NCBI GenBank assembly: GCA_964430885.1
Contig: CAYSHM010000003.1
Location: 160,001 to 224,000 of the forward strand
Source: an uncultured archaeon
GTDB taxonomy: Archaea > Thermoplasmatota > Penumbrarchaeia > JASLWR01
Reading direction: 5' to 3'
Length of the DNA: 64,000 nucleotides
The first letter of the stretch is position 1; every line of letters begins with the position of its first letter. The notes below the pieces were generated by a model. The model saw nothing but the letters and a program-made list of their open reading frames with translations, did no database searches and was not told the DNA's origin. Made by a program: the position numbers and the translations under genes. Shown here one piece after another: positions 58,534-64,000 of this stretch.

Positions 58534-61256
58534 TATTTTTTATCCCTCTTGACAATATCCTTCTGAAATTGATAAAGCCGCATCAGTGCCTCAATGGGTT
58601 TGATCTTATCGAGGTCAAGGGATCGGATTTCCTCGATGATCTCGTCCCTCATCTCACCCTTGGCCTCGCTGAAAAGAAGGGATTGGGTAAAAGAAGCTTT
58701 CATTTTTGGCTCATCCTTTCGGTAGGTAGAACCTCTCCTCTTCACCTTGACCAGTTTTTCCTCACGGTTGAGGTTCAAGAGATTAGCCTTCTCGATCTTG
58801 TCAAGGACCTCCTCGGCCCGGTCTATCACTCCCTTGGGTAATCCCGCCATCTTGGCGACATCTATACCGTAGCTCTTATCGGTACCTCCCTCGGTGAGCT
58901 TTCTCAAAAAAATGATATCGCCTTCCCGACGGTCAGCAGCCAGATGAAAGTTCTTTGCCCTTCCAAGGGCCTTATCGAGCTCTGTAAGATGATGGTAATG
59001 AGTGGCAAATATGCACTTCGCACCTATGGTATCCCTGTTATGTATGTACTCTGATACGGCCCAGGCAATAGCCACACCATCAAAGGTAGAAGTTCCCCTC
59101 CCCACCTCGTCAAGGAATATCAGGGAACGGGATGTTGCCGTGTTAAGGATATTGGCCAATTCTATCATCTCCACCATGAAGGTTGATTGACCTTTTACGA
59201 AATCCGCATGGGCTCCTTCCCTGGTGAACACGCTGTCGCATATTCCTATATGGGCTTCCTTGGCTGGGACAAAGCAGCCCATCTGGGCCATGATCACTAT
59301 AAGGGCAACCTGTCTCATGTAGGTGGATTTGCCGCTCATGTTTGGCCCGGTGATTATCAATATCTGGTTATCATCCAGGTCCATATGAGTATCGTTGTGA
59401 GTAAAATCCCGGTCTATCAATCGCTCAACAACAGGATGGCGCCCTTCGACCATATGGAGTTCTTCACCCTCGTTCATAACCGGCCGTATATAGTTGTTCA
59501 GCATGGAAACCCTCGAAAGGGAACAGAGCACATCAAGCTTGGCCATGGTTATGGCGACCTTCTGTATCTTACGAGCTTCATCGCCCACCTTGTCCCGGAT
59601 ACCGCAGAAGATACTGTACTCCATTTCCTCCATTCTCTCCTTGGCGGTAATGACCTCCTCCTCCTTCCTTTTCAGCTCGGGGATGATATACCTCTCCCTG
59701 TTCTTCAGGGTCTGTTTTCTGATATAATCATCCGGCACCTTATCCATGTTGCTTCTAGTAACCTCAATAAAATATCCGAAAACCTTGTTGTACTTTACCC
59801 TCAGCTTCTCAATACCCGTTCTCTTCCTCTCCCGCATCTCCAGATCCTTCATCCAATCCCTTCCGGCACCCCGAATTTTCCTCAAACGGTCCAGCTCGGC
59901 CTCGTAGCCTTCCCTTATCATTCCGCCTTCCCGAACAGTGGTCGGAGGCTCATCAACAATGGCCACTCCTATCAATTTTGTAAGCTCCTTCAGAGGATCC
60001 AGTGTGTTCAGAATGTTCCTTAGGATATAGGATTCCACCGAGTTCTCTGCCAGAAGAGCCTTGATGCCGGGGACCTTTTCCAGGGAAGTCCTTATGGCCA
60101 CAAGGTCCCTTGCATTGGCCGAGCCGTACAGGACCCGTGTGATTAATCTCTCCAAATCCAGTATTCCACCCAGCAATTCTCTGAGATCATGTCTAAGAAA
60201 ATTTTTCCCGCAAAGCTCCTCAACTGCATCTAGGCGCATATTGATGCCGTTCATATCAATTAGAGGACGGGTCAACCACTTTCTGAGAAGTCGCCCCCCC
60301 ATGGAAGAAACCGTCTGGTCAAGTATACTCAAAAGAGTACCCCTCTTCGTGCCCTCGGTCAGGTTTTTGAGCAATTCAAGGTTCCTTAAGGTAGTGGCTC
60401 CCAGGGACATGAAGTCCGATGTGGAGTAGGTGGATAATACATGAAGATGACCTAGCTGACCCATCTGGGTTTCTCTCAGATATGCAAAAACACCGCCTGA
60501 AGCCTCAATGGCCAGGGGTTTATTCTCACATCCCATTCCCTCCAGGGACATGACTCCGTAATGGTCCGCCAGGTTCTTGTAGGCGATCTTCGACGTGAAA
60601 TACTGGTCACTGTAGGGCGTAATGGCAGTGTCTGAGGCGTTGGATATGATGTTCACGAAATCGGTATCCTCGTAGAGGGATTCCGGAAGTATGCATTCCG
60701 CGGGTTCAAAGGACATTATCTGGGCCACGAGCTTCTCCTTGAGGTTCTCACCCTTGAGATCTGAGGTCATGAACTCGCCCGTGGACACGTCCACTACCGC
60801 TATACCATATGAGTTGCCCCCCCTTGTCAATCCCATGAGAAAATTGTTGGACTTGGCCGATAGGAGATTGCTCTCAAGGATAGTGCCAGGGGTGACCACT
60901 CTGACAACCGCCCTCTTGACCACTCCCTTGGCTTCCCTGGGGTCCTCAACCTGCTCGCAAATGGCCACATGATAACCCTTCTTGACCATTCTAGCAAGGT
61001 AATTGTCCACTGCATGGTAAGGTATGCCTGCAAGAGGTATCCTCTCCCCGGTGGAATCAGTACCTCGTGACGTCAGAGCGATGTCCAATTCACGAGAGGC
61101 CACTTTTGCATCCTCGTAGAACATCTCGTAGAAATCACCCATACGAAAGAACAGCACAGCATCCTGATAATCCTTCTTGATATCAAGATACTGTTCCATG
61201 AGCGGTGTGATTTTCCCCACATTTATCTCCTCTTTGTCCAACCGGATCATTCTCAA
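58533..61256 (-). CDS. mutS: DNA mismatch repair protein MutS (MutS1)
   Basis: [60 protein letters not shown]. Confidence 0.97.
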   Translation of the reverse strand: MRMIRLDKEEINVGKITPLMEQYLDIKKDYQDAVLFFRMGDFYEMFYEDAKVASRELDIALTSRGTDSTGERIPLAGIPYHAVDNYLARMVKKGYHVAICEQVEDPREAKGVVKRAVVRVVTPGTILESNLLSAKSNNFLMGLTRGGNSYGIAVVDVSTGEFMTSDLKGENLKEKLVAQIMSFEPAECILPESLYEDTDFVNIISNASDTAITPYSDQYFTSKIAYKNLADHYGVMSLEGMGCENKPLAIEASGGVFAYLRETQMGQLGHLHVLSTYSTSDFMSLGATTLRNLELLKNLTEGTKRGTLLSILDQTVSSMGGRLLRKWLTRPLIDMNGINMRLDAVEELCGKNFLRHDLRELLGGILDLERLITRVLYGSANARDLVAIRTSLEKVPGIKALLAENSVESYILRNILNTLDPLKELTKLIGVAIVDEPPTTVREGGMIREGYEAELDRLRKIRGAGRDWMKDLEMRERKRTGIEKLRVKYNKVFGYFIEVTRSNMDKVPDDYIRKQTLKNRERYIIPELKRKEEEVITAKERMEEMEYSIFCGIRDKVGDEARKIQKVAITMAKLDVLCSLSRVSMLNNYIRPVMNEGEELHMVEGRHPVVERLIDRDFTHNDTHMDLDDNQILIITGPNMSGKSTYMRQVALIVIMAQMGCFVPAKEAHIGICDSVFTREGAHADFVKGQSTFMVEMIELANILNTATSRSLIFLDEVGRGTSTFDGVAIAWAVSEYIHNRDTIGAKCIFATHYHHLTELDKALGRAKNFHLAADRREGDIIFLRKLTEGGTDKSYGIDVAKMAGLPKGVIDRAEEVLDKIEKANLLNLNREEKLVKVKRRGSTYRKDEPKMKASFTQSLLFSEAKGEMRDEIIEEIRSLDLDKIKPIEALMRLYQFQKDIVKRDKK

Positions 61257-61291
61257 TAGACGGATATAACATCCCCGCCTTCAAAACTTTG

Positions 61292-61783
61292 TCATAGTTC
61301 CAGGTTCCAGAGCTCATCTCCGATATAATGAATGCTTTTCACTCCTTTTCCCTTATTGGAAGCTTTCAGTTCCATACCGGACATCAGGCTCAAACCCACT
61401 ACCAGAGGCTGCAAGTTCTTCTCATCCCTCATCCAGACCATATTACCGGGCACTATGCCAGCATCCGCATCAACTATCCCGGGAGACATGACATCCGCCC
61501 CATTGGTAAGGAAGGATACAGCACCCATATCCACTGTCACGTACTTTTTACCAACATTGTGTGCTAAAAGGCCTTTCAGGGTGAGATAAAATGAACTTTC
61601 ATAGCTGAAAAGTATGGGAATCTTCTTGACTATCAAAAGATCGAATTCAGGTGCGGAGGCCTTTTCCATATTCATCTTTTTCAAACCAATATCCGTGCCG
61701 TAATAACTGCTGACTGAATTATTGATTTTATTCAATTCCTTTTTCTTAATGAAATGTCGGGTGGTCAGATCGGCCTTTTTCAT
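61292..61783 (-). CDS. PUA-domain RNA-binding protein (MCT-1/Tma20-like)
   Basis: VTVDMGAVSFLTNGADVMSPGIV, KGKGVK..HYIGDELW. Confidence 0.9.
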   Translation of the reverse strand: MKKADLTTRHFIKKKELNKINNSVSSYYGTDIGLKKMNMEKASAPEFDLLIVKKIPILFSYESSFYLTLKGLLAHNVGKKYVTVDMGAVSFLTNGADVMSPGIVDADAGIVPGNMVWMRDEKNLQPLVVGLSLMSGMELKASNKGKGVKSIHYIGDELWNLEL

Positions 61784-61829
61784 TTTGCCTCACATCCGTG
61801 AACATGATGAGGAACTGCTTATGGGCACG

Positions 61830-64000
61830 TCAGCCATTAATGAACATATCCTCGTTAAGCTTGTTGTAACAGTAGGTTAAATTGTCATTGGCTGCCATAT
61901 AGTTCGGGTCCAGTGAAAGTACCATTTCAAAACACTCAATTGCGCCCCGCCATCTTGCAAGATCCATAAGCGATTCGCCCTTGTTCATCCATGCTGCCTC
62001 ATTCTTTGGATTTATGCTGATAGCATTGTCGAAAGCTTTCAGGGCATCCTCAAAACGGCCTAAGCGGTTCAGAACATTGCCCATATTCCCCCATACCTGC
62101 CATATATCCGGGTCGATGGAAATAGCATTCTCATAGCAGACCAGAGCTTCCTCGTACCTTCCCAAATCCGACAGTGCATTTCCCTTATTGTACCAGGCAT
62201 CCTGATCGTTGGAATTCAGATCCAGAACCTTATTGAAACAGAGAATCCCATCCTCGTACCTATGATAATGACTGCATAGTACTACTCCCTTGTCGTACCA
62301 GGCCAAACCATGATCCGGATCAACCTTGGTGGCCTCGTCAAAGCTCAGAAGAGCAGCTTCAGGATCATTAATATGATTGGAAAGGACCAGACCTTTCTGA
62401 TACCACCCATCGGCATTTTTAGGGTCTATCTTCAAAAGGGTATCGAAGCACTGCAGAGCATCATAGGGTTTTTCAAAATAGGATGAAAAAATCTGGCCCT
62501 GCTTGAAGAGAGCATCAGTGTTCTTGGGATTGACATTTACTGCTCGGGACAGATATCGGAGAGCCTCATTATGCTTGCCCAGGTGTTCCGAATAAAGTAG
62601 ACCTTTAAGGTAATAGGCCTCATCATTCCGGTCATCCAGATTGACCAGTTCATCAAGTATGAACTGGGCCTCCTTGGGATTGGCCAGTTTCAAAAGGATA
62701 TTAGCAATATTGGTCAAGGCATAAATGTTCTTTGGATCCTCCCCCAGAACCCGTCTGAAATACTGCAGAGCCTCCTCATACCTGGAATAGTCCTTGTATA
62801 ATACCCGGGCCTTGCCCATAAGGGCCGCCTTGTTCATGTTATCCTTTTTCAGCGCCTTCTCGAAATATTCAAGTGCATCGCCGCCCTTTCCCATTTTCTC
62901 TAGTATCTTACCTATGAGAGAAAGAGATTTCTCATGGGTTTCATTTTTTTTCAGAATCTTGGATAAAATCTTGAGTGCCTCATCAGGTTTACCCTTTTCG
63001 TAGTAGCTGAGATGAGCTTTCAAATAAAGGGCTTCCATGTTATCGGGATTTATCCTTATTGCACCCTGAACAAAGCGCAGACCCTCGTTTACCTTCCCCA
63101 TCATCTCGTAGTAGATCCGTCCCTTTTCGAACCAGCTCATATCCTGGTATGAATCCAATTTGATCGACATATCCAAGCATTTCAATGCGTCATCGTACTT
63201 TTTGAACTCCTCGGCCAAAATAACGCCCTTGTAATGCCATGCTACTTCGTTCCGGGGATTGATGGAGGTGACCTTGTCAAAGGCCTGCAGCGACTTATTG
63301 GCCTCGCCTTTCTCAAACAATATCTTGGCCCTGTACTGGTGAGCTTCCTCGTTGTCATCGGCCAGCTTTATCAGGTTCTCAAAGGCAGTTAGAGCACCAT
63401 CAAGGTCCTTGAAGAAATCATAGAGATACTTCCCGAGAAGCTGATGTCCTCTCACAGAAGCTGGATTGAACTGCAGCGCCTGACGGCAAAAATCCACTGC
63501 TCCTTCAGGATCCTCATCGAAATCCGCAGCATTCTCAGCTTCCTCTAGAAGCTCATAGGCCATATCCGATCCGCTCACTATGTTAATGCTCTCCCCGTCG
63601 GTCCCAAAGGGTCTCAGATCGGTCCCCAGTTTATGTTCTGCTTCACAGCTCATCACGGCCTTTATCCCGGCGAGATCCCTGAATGCTACAATATGCTCCA
63701 TCTTGAGCTTCATTCCAACCTTCCAAAGGTTGTCGAAACCGTTGAGTGCATCATTCACCACATCGTCATCATGTATCTCCAGAAGAGAGGATATGCAGGC
63801 CTCAAAGGAGGATTCAGAAAGGCTTCCAAAAGGTACTAACAGTAACTCACTGTCTATAATAATGAAGGTCTGATCTATGTTAGGTATGCTTCTGAAGGTG
63901 AACATCAGGTCCTCCACCATGTCGAATTCCATACAATCCTCAATGGCTGAAAGGTCCACACGACCGCTCTTCAGGGTCACATCTGTCACCGGAAGAGCAA
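61830..64000 (-). CDS. TPR-repeat protein, probably truncated at the window edge
   Basis: Many TPR units (AWYNKGNALSDLGRYEEAL...); reading frame stays open to position 64000. Confidence 0.88.
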   Translation of the reverse strand, partial: ALPVTDVTLKSGRVDLSAIEDCMEFDMVEDLMFTFRSIPNIDQTFIIIDSELLLVPFGSLSESSFEACISSLLEIHDDDVVNDALNGFDNLWKVGMKLKMEHIVAFRDLAGIKAVMSCEAEHKLGTDLRPFGTDGESINIVSGSDMAYELLEEAENAADFDEDPEGAVDFCRQALQFNPASVRGHQLLGKYLYDFFKDLDGALTAFENLIKLADDNEEAHQYRAKILFEKGEANKSLQAFDKVTSINPRNEVAWHYKGVILAEEFKKYDDALKCLDMSIKLDSYQDMSWFEKGRIYYEMMGKVNEGLRFVQGAIRINPDNMEALYLKAHLSYYEKGKPDEALKILSKILKKNETHEKSLSLIGKILEKMGKGGDALEYFEKALKKDNMNKAALMGKARVLYKDYSRYEEALQYFRRVLGEDPKNIYALTNIANILLKLANPKEAQFILDELVNLDDRNDEAYYLKGLLYSEHLGKHNEALRYLSRAVNVNPKNTDALFKQGQIFSSYFEKPYDALQCFDTLLKIDPKNADGWYQKGLVLSNHINDPEAALLSFDEATKVDPDHGLAWYDKGVVLCSHYHRYEDGILCFNKVLDLNSNDQDAWYNKGNALSDLGRYEEALVCYENAISIDPDIWQVWGNMGNVLNRLGRFEDALKAFDNAISINPKNEAAWMNKGESLMDLARWRGAIECFEMVLSLDPNYMAANDNLTYCYNKLNEDMFING

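Noticed and set aside
59187-60023. Long antisense ORFs such as the 278-aa frame opposite mutS and 40507-41205
   Set aside because: Antisense shadows of well-supported genes with no motifs of their own

Overview
Core chromosomal window from an archaeon, most likely an uncultured anaerobic Thermoplasmatota lineage. This placement is inferred from the archaeal rpoH-rpoB(unsplit)-rpoA'-rpoA''-rpl30e operon, the N-terminally extended RpoA'', several bacterial-type genes (mutS, fhs, perR) and large Ca-binding surface proteins. It holds an oxidative-stress/iron island (Fur/PerR, rubredoxin, FprA, ferritin, rubrerythrin-like and hemerythrin proteins), an AddAB-like helicase-nuclease pair, a methanogen-type SerRS, MarR-MATE genes and a tRNA-Lys. 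No CRISPR array, rRNA or transposase was seen. The best leads are: (1) a lone bacterial-microcompartment shell (BMC-H) domain fused to two winged-helix domains; (2) an 872-aa RpoA'' with a tandem-duplicated, possibly PUA/EVE-like domain, plus a separate insertion in RpoB; (3) a tRNA-Lys(UUU) with a 155-nt D-loop intron; (4) a single-pass receptor Ser/Thr kinase coupled to an FHA protein; (5) an apparently circularly permuted Omp28-like domain. All family assignments are by motif recognition by eye; no database searches were run.
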